This document shows positions 49,871-59,392 of a stretch of DNA of 64,000 nt, one piece after another. Numbering within the stretch: the stretch's first letter is position 1; every line of letters begins with the position of its first letter. The translations under genes were made by a program, and so were the position numbers. A model generated the notes under the pieces. It searched no databases and was not told where the DNA came from. It saw only the letters and a list, made by a program, of their open reading frames with translations. This DNA is from Sulfuritalea sp. (GTDB lineage: Bacteria; Pseudomonadota; Gammaproteobacteria; Burkholderiales; Rhodocyclaceae), in NCBI GenBank assembly GCA_020853215.1, contig JADYZH010000094.1, positions 10,976-74,975 on the forward strand, written 5' to 3'.

Positions 49871-50752
49871 TCAGGACGGGTTGAACAGACGATAGAGGGT
49901 GCGCCAGACCTTGAACAGAAAAAGCCTTGGGCCGCTCATGACGCCGGGGAAGGTCCGCAGCAAACGCGGCACAACCTGGAAACTGCTGATCGGCATTTTC
50001 ACGCCGTGCCAGATCATCTGCCGGTACCCGGATAGAACCACCGTACCGTCGTAGAGCTGGAAGATGTCGGTCACATAAGGTGCGACAGGCCGCATCGCCG
50101 TCAGACTGTTGTCAGCGATTTCGAAGAGAGGGAAATATTCATCGCGCACGTAGATCCCGTTGGTGTCCGTCACCGCAACGAGTTGGTAGCCCTTGCGTGC
50201 CGCCAGCTTGGTCAGCGAGAGCAACGAGTTCCCTTGACAGGCTGACGGATCCGCCGCCTGCACGAACTCAAGGTGGTTTGGGATGCTCTGGTTGTACTCG
50301 ATAATGACGACCTTCGGCCGATAGACATTCACCGAAGCCCAGACGTGATAATCGTTGCCGTCAATGTCGATGCTCAACAGGTCGATCTCAATCGGCGCAG
50401 GCGTGCCGGCAAGCAGCTTGTCGAGGAGCCCTTCGCCCGCATACTCGACGAAGCAGTTGAGGAGAAACACCTTGTCGTTACCGACATAAGTCCTTTTCAG
50501 GTCCTCGAACTTGACCGGATCGGCCTCGATGAGCACACCCGACCAGCCCTTGTTAGCAATCAACTGGTAGGTGTTACTGTACTTGCGGCCGTCCCAGGCA
50601 CCAAACTCGCAACACCACATGTCTCCGCCTGGAATCAGCTCAAAGACCCGCTCGAGAATGCCGTCCTCCCCTCCTTGCGAAGTGTCGTCCCGGGCGTAGG
50701 CCGTGAACCACCGTGCGGAATCCGATTTATTGCCTGTCAAAAAGTCACTCAC
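49871..50752 (-). CDS. FkbM-like methyltransferase
   Basis: SQGGEDGI, EFGAWDG...SN, LLSIDIDGNDY, IEYN. Confidence 0.82.
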   Translation of the reverse strand: MSDFLTGNKSDSARWFTAYARDDTSQGGEDGILERVFELIPGGDMWCCEFGAWDGRKYSNTYQLIANKGWSGVLIEADPVKFEDLKRTYVGNDKVFLLNCFVEYAGEGLLDKLLAGTPAPIEIDLLSIDIDGNDYHVWASVNVYRPKVVIIEYNQSIPNHLEFVQAADPSACQGNSLLSLTKLAARKGYQLVAVTDTNGIYVRDEYFPLFEIADNSLTAMRPVAPYVTDIFQLYDGTVVLSGYRQMIWHGVKMPISSFQVVPRLLRTFPGVMSGPRLFLFKVWRTLYRLFNPS

Positions 50753-50924
50753 TGCTGCAGCCTTTCCAATGCGTGGTTGATCGGCATTCCTTGATGAAAT
50801 GGCGAGACGCAGTGTAAAGCATGAAGGTCATCAGCCGGCTCGCCGAAAATCCCCTTGGCGGGTCTGCCCCCGCCCAAATAACGGAGGACCGGATTGCCAA
50901 AGGCAACAAGTATGCTGGAGATTA

Positions 50925-51785
50925 TCATTGAGTTCGGCGAGCTAACCAATAGAGCAGGTTTCTGAACAGTTTTACCGGGATCAAAAGCAGCAGCACCGTC
51001 TTGTCAAGCCATAGGTCGACCACCCTTACACTGGCGAGATCCTGGCGCAGTTCCTTGCGGGCTCTGCTGAAAAATTCCCCTATGGAATTGACCGGTAGGC
51101 TTTTACCGACCCCCATCCGTTTGTACAGAGTGACCGAGGAATCTACCACCGAGTTTCCGTGCTGAAGGATATCCAGTACAAACAGCAAATCTACAGCGAG
51201 AAGGCTGCGGTCATATTGGCCCCAGTGCTTAATTCCTCGCAGAAACTCTGTGCGAAACAGCCCGCACAAGAGGTTTACCTTTCCTTCCGCCCCCTCTGCC
51301 AGAAAGTAGCGGGCCAGCCGAACAGGTCGCGCGCCGGCGAAGCGCAACGGGGAAAAATGTCGGAGGTGCTTACCGTCCAGGTCTATCGACATCAGATCGC
51401 TGAAAGCCACTACGGCATCTTGTGACTTCAGTTTCTTAAGCAGTACCTCGACCCAGCGCGCGTCACGCAGGTCGTCGTCGTCGGCCCAGAAAAAGTATTC
51501 CCCACGAGCCTGCTTCAAGACGAACTGAAAGTTCGCCGGCGGACCGACATTTCTTGGTTGGCTGAAATATCTAACTCGACTATCTCTGTGAGCATAATCC
51601 CGAAGCAATGATTTCGTTTCTTCACAAGGCGTGCAATCTTCCGAAATGATTATTTCCAGATTGCCGTATGTTTGGCCGAATACGCAGTCAAGTGCCTGTC
51701 TCAGATAATGTGGTCGGTTATAAGTTGTTATCCCTACCGAAACCAGTGGTGCAGTTACCGTTTCCATCAATAAGCTCTCCTGCAT
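50925..51785 (-). CDS. GT2 glycosyltransferase
   Basis: PLVSVGITTYNR, ISED, YFFWADDDD. Confidence 0.9.
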   Translation of the reverse strand: MQESLLMETVTAPLVSVGITTYNRPHYLRQALDCVFGQTYGNLEIIISEDCTPCEETKSLLRDYAHRDSRVRYFSQPRNVGPPANFQFVLKQARGEYFFWADDDDLRDARWVEVLLKKLKSQDAVVAFSDLMSIDLDGKHLRHFSPLRFAGARPVRLARYFLAEGAEGKVNLLCGLFRTEFLRGIKHWGQYDRSLLAVDLLFVLDILQHGNSVVDSSVTLYKRMGVGKSLPVNSIGEFFSRARKELRQDLASVRVVDLWLDKTVLLLLIPVKLFRNLLYWLARRTQ

Positions 51786-51818
51786 GAATTATTTCGAGCC
51801 GCCTTTGCCAGCCAATTC

Positions 51819-53315
51819 TCATCCTGCAGTCTTGCGCGATATATAGGAACGGGTAACGGGTGTAACCTTCGCTCCAACGAACAAGCTTGCCGTAACCCAT
51901 AACGCAATCCAGACTGCTTCCCCCGTCATGCTGGTTTCTTCAGGCATGAAAAACCGCCCTAACCCAAGCACGGCGAGCACGACACACGTTGGCCGAAGAA
52001 AGTCGACCAGCAACCAGTGTTTGTACTCGCCACGGAGAAACTTGGCATGGACTATCGGCAGAGTCAGCAAGACATTCCCAGCGTTCAGTACCACCCAGAT
52101 GGACGCCGCCCCGATTACGCCGAATTTGTCGATCATGACAATCAGGGCTGGCACCAGCACCAGGACTGAAATTGAAGTGGTAATCAGAGCGAGTCTGGTC
52201 CAGCCATGCGCTAACTGAAGCGCATAGGGAATATTCATCATCGCATTCATTGCCGTACCCAAGGCTAGCAAACTTAGTACGGGTGCCGAAAACCGGGCTA
52301 TGTCGGCGTTCTGAGTCCAGATGCGGAGCAGTGGCTCCGAAAAGAAGCACAGCCCCAGCGCAAACGGCATCACCAACACTGTCATCAATTGACAGCCCAT
52401 GTGATAGATCTGCCGCAAGCCGGTAACGTCCCCCCCGGCAACGAGTTGCGTCAAGCGCGGCTGGATCGCCAAAACCAAGGGCACTATGATGAGATTTATC
52501 CCCATTGCTACCGTCGACGCGAGCATGTAATAACCAAGTTCATCAAGCGGCAGCATCTTGCTGAGAATTATCTTGTCGAGCTCTACTAATAGCAACGCCA
52601 GAAGTGAAATCGCGCTCATCCCGGCCCCGAAGCTCCATAGCTGCCGAAATAGTGACGGGGTGAAACTCGCCCTACCATTCGCCCTCGGAAGGCTGCGCCA
52701 GAGTACCATCCGCGACAGAATCGCTGCGATCACACCCGCAATGGCATGCCAGGTGAAGAAAGCGGTAATGGTCGGCGATACCAGCCAGATCACGATTACG
52801 CCACCGCCATTGCGAAAAGTCTCGATTGCGGATTTCATGCCGTTGAGCAGAACCTGCCGCTGCAGACCGATAAGTCCGCCGGCATAGAATCCATATGGCA
52901 TTCTAAAGGCGATTACCACCCCCATCAACGTAATCGAAGAGCCGAGAACGTCGGGGGGAAGGCGATTCGAATTGAGCCAGCTGGTTGCGATCCAATCTGC
53001 TGTCAAGACCACGGCTGTGATGATAAAGACCGCCAGCACCCAATAGACCACCTCTAGGGTTCGCACCACATTGCGCATGTCCTGTGCGGCAGCATTCCCG
53101 GCTGCGGACAGCCTGGCCATTTCTCTGGAAAGTGTTGTGGTAAGACCCATGTCCAGTACGGAAAACAGTACCTGCAGGGTGACATAGAACCCTATCAGGC
53201 CATATGACTCAAGCCCAAGGAAATGGATATACAAGGGCACAAAAGCGAGCGATAGAAAAGCCGCCCAGCCGCTTCCGAGCATGTTCGCAACAATATTTAT
53301 TCTGACCGACGACAT
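51819..53315 (-). CDS. wzx: Wzx-type oligosaccharide flippase
   Basis: NIVAN..G, P.YI..LG.ESYG, DMG....L.RE, DKIILS, LGYY; ~12-14 TMs. Confidence 0.9.
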   Translation of the reverse strand: MSSVRINIVANMLGSGWAAFLSLAFVPLYIHFLGLESYGLIGFYVTLQVLFSVLDMGLTTTLSREMARLSAAGNAAAQDMRNVVRTLEVVYWVLAVFIITAVVLTADWIATSWLNSNRLPPDVLGSSITLMGVVIAFRMPYGFYAGGLIGLQRQVLLNGMKSAIETFRNGGGVIVIWLVSPTITAFFTWHAIAGVIAAILSRMVLWRSLPRANGRASFTPSLFRQLWSFGAGMSAISLLALLLVELDKIILSKMLPLDELGYYMLASTVAMGINLIIVPLVLAIQPRLTQLVAGGDVTGLRQIYHMGCQLMTVLVMPFALGLCFFSEPLLRIWTQNADIARFSAPVLSLLALGTAMNAMMNIPYALQLAHGWTRLALITTSISVLVLVPALIVMIDKFGVIGAASIWVVLNAGNVLLTLPIVHAKFLRGEYKHWLLVDFLRPTCVVLAVLGLGRFFMPEETSMTGEAVWIALWVTASLFVGAKVTPVTRSYISRKTAG

Positions 53316-53336
53316 TAGCTGCCGCGTAACGGCGCC

Positions 53337-54281
53337 TCAGGCGCCGCGCGAATTCGCGTTTTTGAGCAATTTCACCGTATCTGCTATCCCGCCCCGCATA
53401 CTGCCATGCATCTCAAAACCGCTAGCTGAGAGTCTTTTATTGAGTACCTCGTAAGAAAGAGTATTCATGATTCGGCTATCGACGAAGTCGATGGTCAGAT
53501 CAGGCAGATGAAGGCGGATCGCATCGGTCACCTCACGCACCGTCGCATTAACTGTCACCGCGTTGTAGATATTGCCGTCGAACAATTTTCCTTGAACGGC
53601 AAAGGCAACAGCCCTGACCGCATCGCCCAGTTCAAGATAAGGTCTTCTCTGGTCGTAGGCCGTCTTCCAAACCGTCAGCGGTTTGCCCATTACGGCCTGC
53701 CAGCAAAACCTGTTTACCGCGGTATGGAAACGCATGCCGGGCGATGTCCCGAAAATCGTACCAAAACGAAGGGTAATCGCTTTCAGGCCACCAGTCCTGC
53801 ACATGGTCTCAACCAGCAGTTCCTCGCGCCGCTTGCAATCGGCATATGGACTTTGCGGCGCGATATCTTCCGGCCCACAATTCTCGTCTATCACCGTCTT
53901 CAGGGTCCCGTAAACGCTGGTTGAGGATACGTGGATCATGGGCACACCGATTTGCACACACATTTCTGCGACATGTTTTGTCGCTGCAAAGTTCACCCGC
54001 TCCATTGCCTCGGGGTGCTCGAAACTGGCTACCGCGTCAGTAAGTGCCGCCAGATGAACTACTGCGTCGGCACCCGTAAAACTTTCCCGAAGATCCATAT
54101 TGGTGACATCGCCCTCGATGAATCGATATCCGCCTACACCTGGCAAATCAAACAGGGAGCCGTAGCGCTGGGTGGAAAGATTGTCCACGATTAGGATTTC
54201 AGCGGCTTCAATAAGCCGCGGCAGTTCACGCACTAACCGCGAACCAATATGCCCGAGGCCACCTGTCACTACAATCTTCAT
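53337..54281 (-). CDS. Extended SDR (NDP-sugar reductase/epimerase)
   Basis: TGGLGHIG, HLAA, SSTSVYG, YADCK. Confidence 0.88.
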   Translation of the reverse strand: MKIVVTGGLGHIGSRLVRELPRLIEAAEILIVDNLSTQRYGSLFDLPGVGGYRFIEGDVTNMDLRESFTGADAVVHLAALTDAVASFEHPEAMERVNFAATKHVAEMCVQIGVPMIHVSSTSVYGTLKTVIDENCGPEDIAPQSPYADCKRREELLVETMCRTGGLKAITLRFGTIFGTSPGMRFHTAVNRFCWQAVMGKPLTVWKTAYDQRRPYLELGDAVRAVAFAVQGKLFDGNIYNAVTVNATVREVTDAIRLHLPDLTIDFVDSRIMNTLSYEVLNKRLSASGFEMHGSMRGGIADTVKLLKNANSRGA

Positions 54282-54694
54282 GAAAGCGCCTCTTTTCGCA
54301 AAGCAATGAAATCTCCATAGTTGCGAATGTAGTCGCTTTCGTCGAAGGGCAGATCACACAGCACCATCAATATGCTGTCATGAACAACATAGTGTTGCTC
54401 GGCCCAAATGCCGGGAGGAATCTCAAGCGCAACTTCCGGTCGGTCCAATAACACTTCTCTCCTTGCCACTCCATCGTCACAAGTTACTCTGCAGGCTCCG
54501 TACAAACAAATGAGAATCTGTGTCAATTGCTTATGCGCATGTTTCCCCCGCAACTCCCCTGCGTGTCCTGTAACCACAAAGACTCGTCGAAGATCAAGCT
54601 GAAAATCTGTGGCCGCATCGTAAGCAACGAGAAAACCTTGCCGATCCAGAAATTTTGGCAACGTCTTCAATCGAATATCTGCAATGGTGCTCAT
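54278..54694 (-). CDS. FdtA/QdtA-family sugar 3,4-ketoisomerase (cupin)
   Basis: RRVF, RGKHAHK...Q, IPPGIW, YIR.Y..F. Confidence 0.9.
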   Translation of the reverse strand: MSTIADIRLKTLPKFLDRQGFLVAYDAATDFQLDLRRVFVVTGHAGELRGKHAHKQLTQILICLYGACRVTCDDGVARREVLLDRPEVALEIPPGIWAEQHYVVHDSILMVLCDLPFDESDYIRNYGDFIALRKEALS

Positions 54695-55827
54695 GTGAAG
54701 TTCACAAGCGGACTTTTGCCGAGTATCGAGCGAATGGCATTGCAGTAAGCCAAAAGTTCTTCGTCGCTTGTCCGAAATGAAGCAGGCAGGCAAATGCCCC
54801 TGCCAGACAAGTCATAAGCCACCGGATTTTTACATTTCTTCTCTGGTGTCTCTCCGCCATATGCAGGCATGCTACTGAGTGGATAGAAGAAAGGGCGTCC
54901 CTCAAACCCTCCTTTTACCAATTCGTCTATTACTTTCTCCTTATTCATGCCATGAGATTTCCCGAAGATTAGGGCAGTACACCATGCACCATTTCGTCCG
55001 GCTGGTGGTTCGGGGTTTAAATAGAGATCTGGAATATCCGCAAAAGCCTGCCTATATCGGCTTAATAAATGGCGCTTGGCCTGGACTAATACTTCAATAC
55101 GCTGGAACTGGGCATGACCAAGAGCGGCAAGGAGGTTGCATGGCATGTACTTGTAAGCAACCTCGGTATTGAAGTAATGCTTTGTCTGCGACCTGCCATG
55201 ATCCCTGAGAAAATGACAACGCTTGAACAGTCTGTCATCATCCACCAAAAGCATCCCGCCCTCGCCTGTTGTTATCGTTTTTGTCCGATGGAAGCTGAAC
55301 ACCGAGCCGATACCGAAACTCCCGGCCTTGGCACCCTGATACACCGACCCAAGAGCTCCTGCCGCATCTTCGATCACTACGATGCGATGCCGATCCGCAA
55401 CCTGACGTATCGCATCGAGATCAGGCATGTTTCCGTACAAGTCGACGACAATGACAGCCTTGGTCCGCGGCGTAATTGCCGCTTCCAGGCTTGTCGCGGA
55501 CATACACCAGGTCGCTTCGTCAATATCCGCAAAAACTGTTGTCGCGCCAACATGCGTAATATGGGTTGCCGAAGCGATCCAAGTGCACTCGGGAACGATA
55601 ACCTCATCGCCCGGCCCGATTCCGAGGCCAAGTAAAAGCAAGTGGATGGCCGAAGTACAGTTCGGCGTCATCAGGGCATGTCTCCTTCCATGGTACTCGG
55701 CAAACTCCCGCTCGAAATTTTCCACGTACCAGTATTTCTTTTCGCCATACCAGCCGTTTTCCATGGCGTCCATGACTGTCCGGATTTCCAGGTCGGTGAT
55801 TGATGGCCCGAATAGTTCAAGTTTCAT
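54691..55827 (-). CDS. DegT/DnrJ aminotransferase (perosamine synthase-like)
   Basis: GPSIT..E, GPGDEVIVP, IEDAA, FSFHRTKTITTGEGG. Confidence 0.9.
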   Translation of the reverse strand: MKLELFGPSITDLEIRTVMDAMENGWYGEKKYWYVENFEREFAEYHGRRHALMTPNCTSAIHLLLLGLGIGPGDEVIVPECTWIASATHITHVGATTVFADIDEATWCMSATSLEAAITPRTKAVIVVDLYGNMPDLDAIRQVADRHRIVVIEDAAGALGSVYQGAKAGSFGIGSVFSFHRTKTITTGEGGMLLVDDDRLFKRCHFLRDHGRSQTKHYFNTEVAYKYMPCNLLAALGHAQFQRIEVLVQAKRHLLSRYRQAFADIPDLYLNPEPPAGRNGAWCTALIFGKSHGMNKEKVIDELVKGGFEGRPFFYPLSSMPAYGGETPEKKCKNPVAYDLSGRGICLPASFRTSDEELLAYCNAIRSILGKSPLVNFT

Positions 55828-55851
55828 GTGCTTTCCATTTTAGTAACTTGT

Positions 55852-56781
55852 TTAGGCGAGAGTTTTTATCGGATAGCCATATTTGGCCAAGGGCAAATCG
55901 TATTTCGCCGCCAGCAATGCGTTGTCCTCACAATACAAATCATGAATTACCTGCCTTATCTCGTCGCTCATAACTATTCTTGCTGGCCCCCCCCCACTCA
56001 AGAACTTGTCTAGTCGCTTAGCGATTGAATCTCCAAAAGGGAGGTAATCTGTAAAGCGAACACCCCAAAAAAACCTCGTACGAAACCTGTTGTAGGCCAG
56101 CATCCTGTTCGTTTGGCGCTTTCGCTCATGTCCCTCCTTCAGGAGTTCGCCGGCCTCCTTCGAATTGATGCGCAAGATGCCTGACAGTTTCTCGATGAAC
56201 TGCTGCTTGTTCTCCACGAACTCCTCAAACAACAAGACATGTACCCGCTGTTCGCCAAACAGGTCCGCATATATCGAAAGCATTCGGTTGAACATGAAAC
56301 TGGCCAACGCGCCGTACTTGATAAATACGGTCTGAAAACCAACCCAGTCTTCAAATGACACGTGTCGTCGGAAATATGAAGGGGGTGCTGGTTTCAGGAA
56401 GGCGCCGTGGTTGGCATAAAACGACGGGATTGCTGTGTACTGATTGCGGACAACAAGCAGAATTTCAGCGCCGGGTAGAAAATCGTTCAATCGCCTCGCA
56501 CAAGTCATGGGTATCCGGCTGGTCATCACATCCTCGTTGGAGTACAACAGCGTCTTGCCCACGTCTTCGCCCATGTGCCTGCGGAATAGTCCTGCGCACT
56601 CTTCAGACGGAAAGTAGAGATCATCGTCGTTGACCATTGAATTCACAAGAGAGGCATAGCTCTCGTAGCCTGCTGCATCTTCGCCCATGTAGTGAAGTCC
56701 AGTGTGCTTTCTGAACAAGGCCCTTTGCAGGGTAGTCGAGGCGGTCTTGTTTGCCCCGATATGTATCACCACATGTCGCAT
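55852..56781 (-). CDS. Putative sulfotransferase
   Basis: 5'-PSB loop HIGANKTASTTLQ, S.E, 3'-PB-like VVRNQ....PS.Y, LFEE. Confidence 0.8.
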   Translation of the reverse strand: MRHVVIHIGANKTASTTLQRALFRKHTGLHYMGEDAAGYESYASLVNSMVNDDDLYFPSEECAGLFRRHMGEDVGKTLLYSNEDVMTSRIPMTCARRLNDFLPGAEILLVVRNQYTAIPSFYANHGAFLKPAPPSYFRRHVSFEDWVGFQTVFIKYGALASFMFNRMLSIYADLFGEQRVHVLLFEEFVENKQQFIEKLSGILRINSKEAGELLKEGHERKRQTNRMLAYNRFRTRFFWGVRFTDYLPFGDSIAKRLDKFLSGGGPARIVMSDEIRQVIHDLYCEDNALLAAKYDLPLAKYGYPIKTLA

Positions 56782-56803
56782 GACTCGTGAGCTCCCCTAC
56801 CCG

Positions 56804-57433
56804 CTATTCTTGCTTCTCTGCGCGGATATGGATCATGCGGTCGCGGTCGCCTTTCCAGTTGAAAAAGGAAAGTTCGACTATACGGAATCCGAGTTGGGCA
56901 AGCAGGGCGCGAAGTTTTTTTTCCGTGTAGCAGTTCTTGTGAAACTGACCTTCGCTGTTCTGCGGTCCATAAAGACTCGCCGTCATATAACCCCAGCGGG
57001 TCTTGGTTGAATAAGAATACTGCCCGAACCAATGCTGCCGAGCTATCGCCTCGGGATCATCTCGGTAAAAGTCCCGCCAGTCGTCTTCCGCGGCGAGCCA
57101 ATTCTTGACAAGATCCTCAAAATCGGGGACGGAGAACACCAGCAAGCCGCCAGGCTTCAGCACGCGCTTCATTTCATGGAAGAACTTTTTCTCCTCGCGG
57201 AACGACAGATGCTCCAGCATGGAGTCGCAGCGCACTTCAGAAACGCTTCCATCGGGGTAGGGCAGGTTGAAAATGTCATACTGAAATATCTCCAGATCAT
57301 CGGGAATTGTCAGATTGGGATAGCGTGCCTTCATTTCTTCCAGCGTGTCGAGGTCGATATTCACGTATCCCGGCAGCGGTCTTGAAGCGCAGCCTAGGTT
57401 GAGCCTGATGTCTTCGATGGGATTTTCACTCAT
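56804..57433 (-). CDS. Class I SAM-dependent methyltransferase
   Basis: RLNLGC....LPGYVNID, MLEHL, RVLKPGG....VPD. Confidence 0.85.
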   Translation of the reverse strand: MSENPIEDIRLNLGCASRPLPGYVNIDLDTLEEMKARYPNLTIPDDLEIFQYDIFNLPYPDGSVSEVRCDSMLEHLSFREEKKFFHEMKRVLKPGGLLVFSVPDFEDLVKNWLAAEDDWRDFYRDDPEAIARQHWFGQYSYSTKTRWGYMTASLYGPQNSEGQFHKNCYTEKKLRALLAQLGFRIVELSFFNWKGDRDRMIHIRAEKQE

Positions 57434-57477
57434 TGCAACTCCTGGCACAGCGAAACCGACGCGGTTTCCGTTCTCAT

Positions 57478-58251
57478 TCAGGCATTGACTGGCTGATTGT
57501 CACCAGCCAGTGGTTTCTGGATGATGCCCTGCCCGGTTACCAGGCTGAACACCTTGGCGCCTATCTTCTGGATAACCAAATCATAGTCATCGAATCCTCC
57601 TTGGCCAAACGAATAACTGTCAATCAGGATGTATCCGCCCGGATTCAATTTTTCATACAAATACTGCAGCGAGGCGGCCTCGGCCGCAGGATGGGTCGTG
57701 TTCAAATGAACGAACGCCAAGCCTCGCTCCAAGCCCTTCAGGGGGAAGCAGTCCGGCAGCAGTTGCCTGTGGAATACGACCGGCGCATCCTCACGATACT
57801 GCTTCCGTACGAATTGAAAATCCGTGTTATAGGGATTGACTCCTTGCCCTGGGTAATTGGCGCCCAGAAAGGGGTCGATGAAATGATAGTTTTTTTCGAG
57901 TCGTTCAAACTCCACAAAATCGTAAATCACCCTGGGCGCAATCCCGAAGGAAATTCCTGCGGATAGAAAATCGCCGGGAATAGATTTTGAAAACTCGGCA
58001 AACATGCATGCGGTGTATTGCCTCAGTCTCGTCTCGTTGGGGGCGTTAAAGGGATTGAGCTTTCGATGCCGGTCGTGAATCTCAGCAAATCGGCCCTCGT
58101 GCAGCCATCGCATGCTGTGCTGGGTATAAACACCCTGGTAGCTGAGCGCATGGCGCGGGAGATCCGTCCGCAACCGTTCTCGCATGTAATTTAGCATTGC
58201 GGCAGGCAAGACGCTCTTAGCCACTCGCCTGAGGAAGTGGTTAGTGCTCAT
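57478..58251 (-). CDS. TylF/MycF/NovP-like O-methyltransferase
   Basis: IPGDFLSAGI..G, D.F.G, AFVHL, LYEKLNPGG.ILID.Y (somewhat degenerate). Confidence 0.7.
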   Translation of the reverse strand: MSTNHFLRRVAKSVLPAAMLNYMRERLRTDLPRHALSYQGVYTQHSMRWLHEGRFAEIHDRHRKLNPFNAPNETRLRQYTACMFAEFSKSIPGDFLSAGISFGIAPRVIYDFVEFERLEKNYHFIDPFLGANYPGQGVNPYNTDFQFVRKQYREDAPVVFHRQLLPDCFPLKGLERGLAFVHLNTTHPAAEAASLQYLYEKLNPGGYILIDSYSFGQGGFDDYDLVIQKIGAKVFSLVTGQGIIQKPLAGDNQPVNA

Positions 58252-58281
58252 GGATCTCTCTGACGGAGGTAGTTCTCGGCG

Positions 58282-59382
58282 TCATTGCTTCGCGTGCATG
58301 TCAAAAAAGTTCCCAACTGCCGAGACAACCTGAGCCTGCGACAACTCGTCGAGCCCCGGGTAGAGCGGCAAGCTGATAATTTCGCTCACAATCTGTTCAG
58401 TCAGGGGCAACCGGGTGCCATCGATGAATGCAGGCATCATGTGCGCCGGCATTGCATAATGGATACCGGCAACGATTCCGTTTAGCTTTAGATGCTGCAG
58501 AAGTTTGTCCCTTTCGGATGTACGGATGACGAACAGATGATAGACATGCAACGCGGCGTCGCGCACGGCCGGGTTTTCGACAGGTAAGCCGGCAAGGGCT
58601 TCCAGATAACTGACGGCCTGCCGGCGCCTTTCGGCATTATCGGCATCGAGATGGCGCAACTTCACCCGAAGTATCGCCGCTTGCAATTCATCCAGCCGGC
58701 TGTTCATTCCAGGCTCGAGGCTGACCCGATTTTCGTTCCAGCCATATTGGCGCAGACTACGAATTCGCGCTGCCAGAGCAGGATCGCGACAAACGACCGC
58801 CCCGCCGTCCCCGAAGGCGCCCAGGTTCTTGGTAGGGAAGAAACTGAAACAACCAATGTCGCCCACGGTACCAAGTTTGCGGCCCTGATATTCTGCTCCC
58901 GTCGCCTGTGCACAATCTTCGATCAGCCGAAATCCCCTTCGGCCAGCCAACGCGGTTAGATTCCCCAGATCGGCAGCCTGACCATAGAGGTGCACGGCAA
59001 TTGTCGCTTTTGTTCGTTCCGTGCAGGCCGCTTCGACGGCTCCGACGGCGAGCGTATAAAACCCAGCCTCGATATCGACGAATACCGGTGTTGCCCCCAC
59101 CATTGCCACCGCCGCTACCGTCGCCGTCGCCGTGTGGGAAGGCACAATGACCTCATCACCGCGGCCAATGTTCAGCGCCCGCAGGGCAAGCACCAACGCA
59201 TCCGTTCCGCTGCCACATCCTATGGCATGTTCTATTCCAAGATATTGTCCGAACTCGTACTCAAACCTCGCAACTTCATCGCCGAGAATATAGTTGCCAC
59301 TGTTCAGGACGGATCTAATAGCGTCATAGATTTCACCTTGGTGCGGAAGGAACTGGGCCTTAGGGAATGCGCAAAAAATCAT
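58282..59382 (-). CDS. DegT/DnrJ aminotransferase (FdtB/QdtB-like)
   Basis: SG.YILG.EV..FE, SGTDAL, EDCAQA, SFFPTKNLGAFGDGG, NSRLDELQAA. Confidence 0.92.
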   Translation of the reverse strand: MIFCAFPKAQFLPHQGEIYDAIRSVLNSGNYILGDEVARFEYEFGQYLGIEHAIGCGSGTDALVLALRALNIGRGDEVIVPSHTATATVAAVAMVGATPVFVDIEAGFYTLAVGAVEAACTERTKATIAVHLYGQAADLGNLTALAGRRGFRLIEDCAQATGAEYQGRKLGTVGDIGCFSFFPTKNLGAFGDGGAVVCRDPALAARIRSLRQYGWNENRVSLEPGMNSRLDELQAAILRVKLRHLDADNAERRRQAVSYLEALAGLPVENPAVRDAALHVYHLFVIRTSERDKLLQHLKLNGIVAGIHYAMPAHMMPAFIDGTRLPLTEQIVSEIISLPLYPGLDELSQAQVVSAVGNFFDMHAKQ

Positions 59383-59392
59383 CCTGACCCCG

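Noticed and set aside
50749-50949. 66-aa ORF or possible gene remnant between the GT2 and FkbM-like genes
   Set aside because: No recognisable motif or RBS; cannot be supported from sequence alone.
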